DNA of 64,000 nucleotides from Candidatus Puniceispirillaceae bacterium (GTDB lineage: Bacteria; Pseudomonadota; Alphaproteobacteria; Puniceispirillales; Puniceispirillaceae): contig JBMHCH010000010.1 in assembly GCA_049890015.1 (NCBI GenBank), forward strand, positions 7,566 to 71,565, read 5' to 3'. Of this stretch, positions 37,161 to 46,346 are shown one piece after another. Numbering within the stretch: position 1 is the stretch's first letter; every line of letters begins with the position of its first letter. The position numbers and the translations under genes are program-made. The notes beneath the pieces are model-generated. The model made no database searches, was not told the origin of the DNA, and worked only from the letters and a program-made list of their open reading frames with translations.

Positions 37161-39023
37161 ATGCTCCAGGCCATTCGCGGCGGTGCCAAGTCGCCCATTA
37201 TGAAGGTTTTTCTTCTCTTTCTCGCCGCAGGTTTCGCCCTGTGGGGTGTTGGCGACATGACCACCGGACTGATCGGCGGAAGCGACAAGGCCATCGAGGC
37301 AGGCGATGAAAGCCTGTCACCCCGCGAGGTGGCGGTGGAATTCGACCGTACCCGCCGCAGCTACCTTCCCAACGCCTCTACCGGCGAGGCGCTGCAATCG
37401 GGCCTTCTTGGCGAAGTGGCCGGCATGCTGGCGCGCGAGGTGGTGTTTCATGCCGAGGCCAACAGGCTGGGCCTGACAGTCACGCGCGAGATGCAGCGTC
37501 GCGAGGTTGCCGGGGAGCCTTCTTTCCAGGATGAATTCGGCGCCTTTTCGCAGACCAGGTTCATCAGCGTGCTGGCGAATGCGGGATTGAGCGAGGCTGA
37601 TTATCTGCAGCGGATCGAAAAGGCTCTCCGCCGTGAACAGATCGTTGGCGCTGTTGCCGTTGGCGCGCGCCATCCACAGATTGTCGCCCGCTCGCTGACG
37701 GCTTACGAGCTGGAGCGCCGTTCCGCAAGACTGGTGAGTGTCGCCGTGGATACGGCTGCGTTGGCGGAACCCGGTGAAGCCGCCCTTGCAGCCTGGTATG
37801 AAGAGGTGAAGAGCCGCTACGACGCCCCGGGGCTGCGCCGCGCCCGCGTCGGCAGCCTGACGCCGCAGATGTTTGCCGACGCCATCGACATCGACGATGA
37901 GACCGTGGCCGCCGCCTACGCGGACAGGATCGACGAGTTCACCACACCCGAGCGCCGCCGCGTCCGCCAGATGGTTTTCGAGGACAGGACGAGCGCCGAC
38001 ACGGCACGTCAGCGCATTGCACAAGGCGAGACTTTCGAGGCTGTCGCCGCCGACATGCTGGAATGGACAGCGGATGATACAAATCTCGGACTTGTGACCC
38101 GCGACGATCTTGATGGCGGCGTCGCCGACGCCGCATTCGATGCTGGCATCGGTGATATCGCAGGACCGGCGGAGTCCGCGTTCGGGGTGCACCTTCTTGC
38201 CATTGACGAGATCCAGGAAGGCGGCGAGACCGACCTTGCCGATGTGGCCGACGGTATCCGCGCGACGCTGCAACTCGAGGAAGCAACCGACCTGATCTAT
38301 GACAAGGTCAACCAGATCGAGGACCGCATTGCCTCCGGCGCCACTCTGGAGGAGGCCATGGCGGAAGTCAGCGGCAGCCTTGTCACGCTCAGCGACATCG
38401 ACCGCCGCGGCAGTGATATTGATGGCAACCCCGTTACCGGTGACGGTTCGGAACTGGCCCAGGACAGTGTCGTTCTGGAGACCATCTGGTCATCAGATAT
38501 CGACGAGCAGAGCACGATCCAGGAGGGTGCGGACGATCTGTTCTTCATCGTCGAGGTGACAGCCGAGACAGATCCGCGTGAACGCGGCCTCGCCGAAGTG
38601 CGTGAACGCGCCGCCGCAGACTGGAAACAGGTCGAGGCGATAAAGGCGGCGCGTGAAGCCGCCGAGACCCTTGTCGCGGATACAACGTCATTCGACAGTG
38701 CCGAGACTACGGCGGATTTCCGCCGGACAGGTATCGGTCTCGACCACGAAGCCGCGCGACTGATCGCCGCCGCGGTATTCGCCCAGAATGTCGGTGAGGC
38801 GCGCGTCGTCGAAACCGGCACAGAGGCCATTGCTGTTCGCACCGAAGCCATCATCCCGGTTGCCGAAGACGAGCTGTCCGAATCATCGGACCTTGTGGCC
38901 AATGTGATCGCAAGCTCGCTGCAGCAGGACGTGCTGGCGACGCTGGCGCGCGACCTTTCACAAACCCATGACCTTCAGATGCGCCTTGGCGGGGTGCAGC
39001 AGATCCTCGTCGGCACACAATGA
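37161..39023 (+). CDS. ppiD: PpiD-like SurA N-terminal domain / rotamase periplasmic chaperone
   Basis: N-terminal anchor (LAAGFALWGVG), SurA_N region, degenerate parvulin (SAFGVHL); conserved between tpiA and trpE. Confidence 0.8.
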   Translation: MLQAIRGGAKSPIMKVFLLFLAAGFALWGVGDMTTGLIGGSDKAIEAGDESLSPREVAVEFDRTRRSYLPNASTGEALQSGLLGEVAGMLAREVVFHAEANRLGLTVTREMQRREVAGEPSFQDEFGAFSQTRFISVLANAGLSEADYLQRIEKALRREQIVGAVAVGARHPQIVARSLTAYELERRSARLVSVAVDTAALAEPGEAALAAWYEEVKSRYDAPGLRRARVGSLTPQMFADAIDIDDETVAAAYADRIDEFTTPERRRVRQMVFEDRTSADTARQRIAQGETFEAVAADMLEWTADDTNLGLVTRDDLDGGVADAAFDAGIGDIAGPAESAFGVHLLAIDEIQEGGETDLADVADGIRATLQLEEATDLIYDKVNQIEDRIASGATLEEAMAEVSGSLVTLSDIDRRGSDIDGNPVTGDGSELAQDSVVLETIWSSDIDEQSTIQEGADDLFFIVEVTAETDPRERGLAEVRERAAADWKQVEAIKAAREAAETLVADTTSFDSAETTADFRRTGIGLDHEAARLIAAAVFAQNVGEARVVETGTEAIAVRTEAIIPVAEDELSESSDLVANVIASSLQQDVLATLARDLSQTHDLQMRLGGVQQILVGTQ

Positions 39024-40522
39024 TCGACGCCGCGGCAGAGGACGGCTTTTCAGCATTCGCGGCAGGCTTTGGAACAGCGCAACCGCAGCTTGTCTCGCGC
39101 GAGCTTGTCGCCGATACCCAGACCCCCGTATCGGCCTATCTGCGTCTGGCATCGGGAAGTCGCAACACCTTCCTTCTGGAGTCCGTCGAGGGCGGCGAAA
39201 TCCGCGGTCGCTTCTCGATCATCGGGCTGGCCCCTGACCTTGTCTGGCGCTGCCGCGGCAATGTAGCCGAGGTCAATCGTAGCGCGGCGCATGCTGGCGA
39301 GTTCATCGCCGATGACAAGGCACCGATCGAGTCACTGCGCGCCCTGATGGCGGAATCAGCCATGCCGGACACAGGAAGCCTGCCGCCGATGGCCGCCGGT
39401 CTTTTCGGCTATTTCGGCTATGACATGATCCGCCATATCGAAGATATTCCGGACGCCAATCCCACGGTGATCGACACGCCGGACTCGATGCTTGTACGCC
39501 CGTCCCTGATCGCCATTTTCGACAGGCTGAAGGACACCATCACCCTCGTTGTCCAGATCAGGCCAGCGGAATGGGATGATGCGGCGGCTGCATGGAATGT
39601 CGCGCAAAGCCGGATTTCCAACGCCTTGAAGGCTCTTGACGCGCCGATGCCCGCGACCGAAGCCGGCGGCCCGCAGGCGGTGCTGCCAACCCCTCAGTCG
39701 AACATCAGCCAGGAGGATTTCCTGTCGATGGTCGACAGCGCCAAGGACCACATCCGGGCCGGAGATATTTTCCAGGTCGTGCTCTCGCAACGCTTCAGCA
39801 TTCCCTTTCATCTGCCGGCGATCAACCTGTATCGCAGCCTTCGCAGGCTGAATCCGTCCCCGTTCCTGTTCTTCTTTGACTTCGACGATCTTGCGATCGT
39901 TGGCTCAAGTCCGGAAATTCTGGTGCGCTTGCGCGACGATGTCGTCACCATCCGCCCGATCGCCGGCACCCGCAAGCGCGGCGCGACGCCCGAGGAGGAC
40001 GACGCAAACGCCAGGGACCTGATGGATGACGTGAAGGAACGCGCCGAACATCTGATGCTTCTTGATCTTGGCCGCAATGATGTCGGGCGGGTTTCGAAGC
40101 CGGGAACGGTGCGGGTCAAGTCCAACTACGAAGTCGAATATTACAGCCATGTGATGCATATCGCCTCGCAGGTCGAAGGTGAAATCCGTCCCGAGTTCGA
40201 TGCTGTCGATGCGATGATCGCCGGCTTCCCCGCAGGCACGGTGTCCGGGGCGCCAAAAATTCGGGCCATGCAGATCATCGACGATCTGGAGCCCGACAGG
40301 CGGGGTGTCTACTCGGGCGCCATCGGCTATATCTCCGCCGCTGGTGACCTCGATACCTGCATTGCGTTGCGCACCGCTCTGGTCAAGGACGGCCAGCTCC
40401 ACATCCAGGCTGGCGCCGGCATCGTGTATGACAGCGATCCGCAAGCCGAATTCGAGGAAACGCAGAACAAGGCCATGGCGTTGATCCGCGCCGCCGGCGA
40501 CGCCCTTCAGTTCTCGCGCTAG
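39020..40522 (+). CDS. trpE: Anthranilate synthase component I
   Basis: TPVSAY, FLLESVEGG, NPSPF, PIAGT, EHLMLLDLGRND, GTVSGAPK, QAGAGIV. Confidence 0.96.
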   Translation: MIDAAAEDGFSAFAAGFGTAQPQLVSRELVADTQTPVSAYLRLASGSRNTFLLESVEGGEIRGRFSIIGLAPDLVWRCRGNVAEVNRSAAHAGEFIADDKAPIESLRALMAESAMPDTGSLPPMAAGLFGYFGYDMIRHIEDIPDANPTVIDTPDSMLVRPSLIAIFDRLKDTITLVVQIRPAEWDDAAAAWNVAQSRISNALKALDAPMPATEAGGPQAVLPTPQSNISQEDFLSMVDSAKDHIRAGDIFQVVLSQRFSIPFHLPAINLYRSLRRLNPSPFLFFFDFDDLAIVGSSPEILVRLRDDVVTIRPIAGTRKRGATPEEDDANARDLMDDVKERAEHLMLLDLGRNDVGRVSKPGTVRVKSNYEVEYYSHVMHIASQVEGEIRPEFDAVDAMIAGFPAGTVSGAPKIRAMQIIDDLEPDRRGVYSGAIGYISAAGDLDTCIALRTALVKDGQLHIQAGAGIVYDSDPQAEFEETQNKAMALIRAAGDALQFSR

Positions 40523-40643
40523 GCCGCCTGACACCATCCGGCAACCAGCAGAAAAGCTGATGTTTGCGCCTGACAGAATTCGTTAAGATACCGTAAACTG
40601 CGAGCCGTGTTTGTGTTGAAGGTGGGCCAACCGCCCGCCGGGT

Positions 40644-42239
40644 ATGATGTCGCTGTTTCGTTTCCTCAAGGTCACCTGCCTGATCCTGCCTCTGACGCTG
40701 GCGCCGTGGCGCGCGGCTCAGGCCGAGATTGATCTTGGCAGCTGGAACACCTACGCCACCATGGCCGAGCAAGGGGCTGTTTGCGGGGCGTTCGCCGACA
40801 TCATGGCGATGCAGGAGCTCGTTGACGCAAAGCTTGGCAGATTATGGGCCGAACGCCGCAATTACGCTGGGTCCGTGGTTATGCGCGCCGCCGAGCTTGA
40901 AGGCCGCGGCGATGTCGATGATCAGGCTGTCGATGAGCTTCTTGCGCGGTATTCAATGTGGTTGCTCAACAATCTTGCCGCCGAGGAAAGTGCGGAGATT
41001 CTCAGCCCAACGGCCCGTGACGCCGCGCGCGACATGGTGGCGGATGTGTGCAACGCGCTTTATCAGCAGGCTGACCGCGCAATCGTCGCCAAACATCCTG
41101 CTCTTGCGTCCTGCACGCCGGACGCCACCGACGGCCAGGCGCCGCTGTCCCTGTCTTCCGCAGCGCTGGCAGCTGGGACCGCAAGCGAAAACAACGCTGC
41201 GGCAGCGAAATGCGATGTGAATGATGCGCTGCTGGCAGCCGCCACCGTCAAGAAGGCCGAACAGAACGCTGAAGACATGATGCTGCGTCTGCGCGAGGAA
41301 GAAGTCCGCCGGCGCCAGGCTCAGGACAGAGCTGAAGCGCTGCAATCGCAGATGGCCGGCCTCAGGGCGGAAATTGACGCCCTGCAGACCGGCGCAGAGG
41401 CGGCGCGCAACACTGCAGAGCGCGCCGTGGAACTGAATCTCAGCAACGAACAGTTGCGGGACCGCGTTTCTCTGCTTGGCAAGGAAGTTTCCAGGCTGAA
41501 CGATCTTGTGACGGATATGAACGCTGTCACCGCCCGCAATACGGAACTCACCGTCGAGGCCGAACAGCTCAACATGCGTGTCGTCCAGCTGCAAGCAAGT
41601 CTTGATGAAGCGCGCGGCGAAATCGCTCTTCTTCACACACCAGACGAACTGGATGGCGTCCGCGCCGAGATTGCCGAATTGACCAAGGAACTGGACCGCA
41701 CTCGTGGCGAGCGTGATGATGCGGTGGCAGCCTTAGACAACGCGCTCGACAGGACATTGAACAGCACAACCACCGAGCAGGCTGTCACATCACAGAACGA
41801 GAGCGCTGGCGTGATCAGTGCGGCGACGGCCCGCCCAGCATCTGAGGGCGCCACCGCAGCGACTACTGCAGGCGATAACATGACACTTCTGGCCGCAGAT
41901 CTGGCCACCAGCGCGCTGCCGGCCACCGGGACGATGCCTGAAGTCGCATCGACCGCCACCGAAACGAACGCTGTCACAGCTGACTCTGACGACAAGTTTG
42001 TTGTGCAGCTTGGCGCCTTCCAGTCTCGAACCGGCGCGGTTACCGAAATCGCCGCCCTGCAGCAGAGTTTCCAGGCAGACCTTGCCGATGCCGGGCTGAA
42101 CATCCGCGCCAGCAAAATGCAGGATGGAAGCAACCTGTTCCGAATCATGACAGGCAACATGTCGGCCGATTCCGCGCGTCAGCTGTGCAGTCTCCTGTGG
42201 GAGCGGATGGTAGGCTGTGTCGTGAAACCGGTTCCCTGA
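40644..42239 (+). CDS. Exported coiled-coil protein with C-terminal SPOR domain
   Basis: Signal peptide ending AQA, heptad-rich centre, C-terminal FVVQLGAF...ARQLC..L....GCVV. Confidence 0.7.
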   Translation: MMSLFRFLKVTCLILPLTLAPWRAAQAEIDLGSWNTYATMAEQGAVCGAFADIMAMQELVDAKLGRLWAERRNYAGSVVMRAAELEGRGDVDDQAVDELLARYSMWLLNNLAAEESAEILSPTARDAARDMVADVCNALYQQADRAIVAKHPALASCTPDATDGQAPLSLSSAALAAGTASENNAAAAKCDVNDALLAAATVKKAEQNAEDMMLRLREEEVRRRQAQDRAEALQSQMAGLRAEIDALQTGAEAARNTAERAVELNLSNEQLRDRVSLLGKEVSRLNDLVTDMNAVTARNTELTVEAEQLNMRVVQLQASLDEARGEIALLHTPDELDGVRAEIAELTKELDRTRGERDDAVAALDNALDRTLNSTTTEQAVTSQNESAGVISAATARPASEGATAATTAGDNMTLLAADLATSALPATGTMPEVASTATETNAVTADSDDKFVVQLGAFQSRTGAVTEIAALQQSFQADLADAGLNIRASKMQDGSNLFRIMTGNMSADSARQLCSLLWERMVGCVVKPVP

Positions 42240-42540
42240 AAGTTGTTACCTGACGGGTGACATTGCGACAGCAGCTTGGAGCAACGCCTGCCTGCCGCCC
42301 TGCCCGCGCTTCACATGATCCTGAAAATCGCCGGAACGCTGTTCCTGATGTGTCTTTCCTGGACGATAGAGATAGCCGGCCGGGCTTCGTGTGCTCAGCC
42401 TTGCGCCGCTTCTGTTCAGCAGCGAATTCACGGGCCAGCACCGGCGGGATTGCGGCAAACGCGGTTTGCACGCGCACCAATTTTGACTACAGTCTGTTCA
42501 ATGGGCATCTGGCATTCGCTCGAACCCTGGCCAGTGGGAT

Positions 42541-44331
42541 ATGGAACGGATGAACGAAGAAAGTTGGCCACCCGGCACACATTACATTCAGGATGCGAAT
42601 CTGCCGGCGGCATTCTTTGCAAATGCTGAAGAAGGCGGCGACAGCAAATTGCTGTTCGAAAAATCCGGCGATGAATGGCGCGGCTACAGCTGGAACGATA
42701 TCGCCGATGCCGTGCGCCGGCTGGCCTCGGTACTGGTCGAAAACGGGATCGAGGCTGGCGACCGGGTAATGATCTCGGCGGAAAACAGGCCTGAATGGGC
42801 AATCGCCGATCTTGCCATCATGTCCATCGGAGCCGTCGTGGTTCCTGCCTACACCACCAACACCGAGGATGATCATCACTTCATCATGGACCATTCGGGT
42901 GCCAGTGTCGTGATCACATCGGGCGGGATGCTGGCCACCCGCCTTGCCCTTGCGGCAAACCGCGCGACCTCCCTTCGCATGATGATTGTCATGGATGACG
43001 GATTTACCGCGCCGGACGGGTTCCGTCCTGATCTTGCATATTGGGGGCCGGCGATCGCCGCCGCGGACCCGCTTGGCGATATCGACCAGCGGATTGGCGC
43101 GCAGCGCGCCGATGATGTCTGCTGTTTCATCTACACGTCCGGAACAGGCGGACGGCCCAAGGGTGTGATGCTGACGCACCGGTCAATCCAGGCGAACATC
43201 ACAGCTGCGATAGAGCTTCTGCGCGAGGGAGATGTCGTCGATAACCAGAGGTTCCTGTCGCTGCTGCCGCTGTCACACTCCTACGAGCATACCGCGGGCA
43301 TGCACCTGCCCTTTCAGATCCGCGCGGAAGTCTGGTACTGCGAAAGCACAGATCAGATCGCGAACAATCTGGTCGAGGTCTCGCCGACCCTGATGACGGC
43401 CGTGCCGCGCCTGTATGAGGTGCTTCACGACAGGATCATGCGCGGCGTGAAAGCCAAGGGCGGCATTTCGGAAAAGCTGTTCATGGCGGCTGTCCGGCTT
43501 GGCACCAAGCGGTATCAAGGAAGGCATCTTCTGCCGCATGAGTTCATTCTCAATCTTGTTGTGGACCGGCTGGTGCGCACCAAGGTCCGCCAGCGTCTTG
43601 GCGGCAGGCTGAATTTCTTCATATCCGGCGGCGCGGCGCTGAATCCTGAAATTGGCAACTTCTTCATGGCGCTCGGCATCAATCTTCTGCAGGGATATGG
43701 CCAGACCGAGGCCTCGCCCCTGATCTCGGCGAACCGTCCCAACCGGATCAAGATTGAAACAGTCGGACCTGCTGTGGCGGGCGTCGATCTCAGGATTGCC
43801 GATGATGGTGAGATTCTGGTGCGCGGCGACCTGCTGATGAAGGGCTACTGGCGTGACGAGGCGGCGACCGCGGCAACCATCCGGGACGGATGGCTCCACA
43901 CAGGCGACATCGGAACGGTGGACTCGGACGGCTATATCGAGATCACTGGCCGGAAAAAGGACATCATCGTCAATTCCGGAGGCGAGAACATAGCCCCGGG
44001 CCGCGTCGAGGCCCTGCTGACAATCGAGCCGGAGATCGAGCAGGCGATGGTCGATGGCGACAAGCGTCCGTGGCTGTCAGCCGTGATCGTGCCTTCCGAG
44101 GAGCTTCGCGGCATCGCCACGTCGCCTGATGCCCTCAACACCATGGTGGGAGAGGCCGTAGAGCGTGCCAACAGCCGCCTGTCACAGCTCGAGCGCGTCC
44201 GCCGCTTTGTGATGGCAGATGAGCCTTTCTCAACCGAGAACGGACAGATGACAGCCACGCTGAAAGTCAGACGCCACGTCGTCCGCCAGCTCTATGGCGA
44301 CCGGATCGACGCGCTCTACCCGCAAAAGTGA
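42541..44331 (+). CDS. Long-chain-fatty-acid--CoA ligase (AMP-dependent synthetase)
   Basis: YTSGTGGRPKGV, LPLSHSYE, QGYGQTE, GWLHTGDIG, GRKKD. Confidence 0.9.
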   Translation: MERMNEESWPPGTHYIQDANLPAAFFANAEEGGDSKLLFEKSGDEWRGYSWNDIADAVRRLASVLVENGIEAGDRVMISAENRPEWAIADLAIMSIGAVVVPAYTTNTEDDHHFIMDHSGASVVITSGGMLATRLALAANRATSLRMMIVMDDGFTAPDGFRPDLAYWGPAIAAADPLGDIDQRIGAQRADDVCCFIYTSGTGGRPKGVMLTHRSIQANITAAIELLREGDVVDNQRFLSLLPLSHSYEHTAGMHLPFQIRAEVWYCESTDQIANNLVEVSPTLMTAVPRLYEVLHDRIMRGVKAKGGISEKLFMAAVRLGTKRYQGRHLLPHEFILNLVVDRLVRTKVRQRLGGRLNFFISGGAALNPEIGNFFMALGINLLQGYGQTEASPLISANRPNRIKIETVGPAVAGVDLRIADDGEILVRGDLLMKGYWRDEAATAATIRDGWLHTGDIGTVDSDGYIEITGRKKDIIVNSGGENIAPGRVEALLTIEPEIEQAMVDGDKRPWLSAVIVPSEELRGIATSPDALNTMVGEAVERANSRLSQLERVRRFVMADEPFSTENGQMTATLKVRRHVVRQLYGDRIDALYPQK

Positions 44332-45251
44332 TGTCCGACGGGAATGAGTCAAAGCCCGTGACGGCTGGCGCCGCCTGGATGGATGGCCGTGTCCTGCCCC
44401 TTGGCGACGCGCGAATCCAGGTCAATGACTGGGGCGTCATCCATAGCGACATCACCTATGATGTCGTCCCGGTGTGGGATGGCGCCTTTTTCCGTCTTTC
44501 CGACTATCTCTCGCGTTTCAGGGCCTCGCGGGCCAGTCTGCGGCTTGATATCGGCATGGAGGATCATGCCATTGCGGCCGCGCTGGAGGAGATGGTGGCG
44601 GCATCGGGGCTCACAGATGCCTATGTGGCCATGGTCGCCTCGCGCGGTGTCCCGCTGATCCCCGGCACGCGCGACCCCCGGCAGTGCGGCAACCATTTCT
44701 ATGCCTGGTGCGTTCCCTACATCCATGTGATGCATCCGGAGTTGCCGCCGGAGGCGCGCAGCGCCTGGATCGCCAAGTCGGTGACACGCATTCCCGAGAC
44801 CAGCATCGACCCGCGTGTGAAGAATTATCATTGGGGTGACTTCACCGCCGGCCTTTTCGAGGCCAAGGATAACGGGTTCGAGACCGTCATCCTTCTGGAT
44901 GAGGCAGGCCATGTCACGGAAGGACCGGGGTTCAATGTGTTTGCGGTTCATGGCGACAGGCTGATCACTCCGGATCACGGCATGCTGGAAGGCATCAGCC
45001 GGCGCACCGTCCTTGAAATGGCGCATGAGCATGGACTGACGACGGAACCAAGGCCGCTTCCCCTTGCCGAGTTCCTGGAGGCCGACGAGGTGTTCCTGTC
45101 CACATCAGGCGGCGGTGTCGCGCCGCTGACCCGCGTTGATGATCGGGTGTTCCAGAATGGAGGCGTCGGCCCGGTGACATCGGCGCTCCACAAGACCTAT
45201 TGGCGATGGATCCACGATCCCGCCTACCGGACCGAGATCGACTACAGCTGA
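44328..45251 (+). CDS. Fold-type IV PLP aminotransferase, (R)-amine transaminase-like
   Basis: HSDITYDV..VWDG.FFRL, IDPRVKNYHWGD, TEGPGFN, LEGISR, EVFLSTSGGG. Confidence 0.85.
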   Translation: MMSDGNESKPVTAGAAWMDGRVLPLGDARIQVNDWGVIHSDITYDVVPVWDGAFFRLSDYLSRFRASRASLRLDIGMEDHAIAAALEEMVAASGLTDAYVAMVASRGVPLIPGTRDPRQCGNHFYAWCVPYIHVMHPELPPEARSAWIAKSVTRIPETSIDPRVKNYHWGDFTAGLFEAKDNGFETVILLDEAGHVTEGPGFNVFAVHGDRLITPDHGMLEGISRRTVLEMAHEHGLTTEPRPLPLAEFLEADEVFLSTSGGGVAPLTRVDDRVFQNGGVGPVTSALHKTYWRWIHDPAYRTEIDYS

Positions 45252-45270
45252 CACCCTGTTCCGGAACGCG

Positions 45271-45864
45271 TCAGGCAGCACGCGCCACCATAGTCTCCAG
45301 CATGGGCACATAGCTCTGAAAGGCCGGAACCTGAAGACCGGCTTCCTTGCCGGCCTCGTCGTAGCGCCGGACGGCGATGATGGCGTCGAAATGCGGATGC
45401 GCGGCGAAGGCATCGGCCTCAGCCTGCCCCATTGGCCCGCCCTGAAGACGAAGCGAATGAACCGAGGCCTCTGACAGCCTGTCAAAATAGCCCGGCTCGC
45501 ATGCGCACAGATATCTCTTGGCGGCAACATGATATTTGCAGCAGTCCACGACCAGATCCGGAAAAAAGGGGGCAAGGACGACCGCGCCGGCATCCTCATG
45601 CATGCGGTCTGTCTCATCCTCCAGAAACGCCGTGGCGCGGGGCCGCCGCCCGCCCCGGAAGTAAAACGGAAAAAATACGAAGTAGGGAAGCAGTGCCGCG
45701 GCGACGACGTCATCGGCATGATTGTCACGCTGGGCGAAATAGGCTGCCTGGAGCATATGCTCGCCGATGGTCACGGGCTCTCCCAGATATTCCTCGGCGC
45801 CACGCCGCTGGAAGATGTCGGCAAGAAACGGAATGATCGTTGAGGCTGTCAATTCAGTCATCAT
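45271..45864 (-). CDS. PhnZ/TmpB-like HD-domain protein with corrupted HD motif
   Basis: EYLGEPVTIGEHMLQAA, HEDAGA, HVAAKRYL, SLRLQGG, RRYDEAGK; the expected LLHDIGH reads LLPYFVF. Confidence 0.75.
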   Translation of the reverse strand: MMTELTASTIIPFLADIFQRRGAEEYLGEPVTIGEHMLQAAYFAQRDNHADDVVAAALLPYFVFFPFYFRGGRRPRATAFLEDETDRMHEDAGAVVLAPFFPDLVVDCCKYHVAAKRYLCACEPGYFDRLSEASVHSLRLQGGPMGQAEADAFAAHPHFDAIIAVRRYDEAGKEAGLQVPAFQSYVPMLETMVARAA

Positions 45865-46346
45865 GCATCCACCGCCTGAAATCCACGAAAGAGGACGCAG
45901 GGTGGTACCCGCCGGGACTCGTGGCCGCAGCTTGCGCTGCTCAGCCTCCCCCCACTGATCATGCCGACGTTGTCGGCATAACAAAACCGAGTACGCGCGG
46001 CGGGCACCGTCTCCAGAGCGATCGGGCCGCCGCAACAGGCTTTGTCCCTTCGCTCGAACGCGTGTGACAGGCACCGGCAGACAGCACCAACGCTCCATCA
46101 CTGTATCCCGCAGATAGTCTGCCGCTGAAAAGCGGCCTCCCGCCACCAGTTTCGACGTGGCATTATAGCGCAGGCGACACGGGGTGCCAGACTGAACGCG
46201 CCTGAAAGCGGCCTCCAAACTGCGTCCTGCCCATCGGTCGAGAATGGATGCCACCCCCTACACAAGCCCGGTTGCCGGCTTATATCTATTGAGAGAAGAT
46301 GGTGTACTGACCGCGGCACGCCTGTGCGGCAGGAAGGAAAAGGTTC

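Noticed and set aside
45897-45915. T-box-like motif AGGGTGGTACC
   Set aside because: No specifier stem or terminator follows, no amino-acid or synthetase gene is directly downstream, and T-boxes are not typical of alphaproteobacteria.
45990-46060. Glycine-riboswitch-like CTCTGGAGA on the minus strand
   Set aside because: The other conserved elements (CCGAAG, CTCTCAGG) are missing.
45865-46254. 130-aa N-terminal extension of the HD protein given by the ORF track (also extensions of sdhE, mazG, ppiD, hfq, ytoQ, the DksA-like gene and the cNMP gene)
   Set aside because: The extensions are compositionally random, and family homology begins at downstream ATGs.
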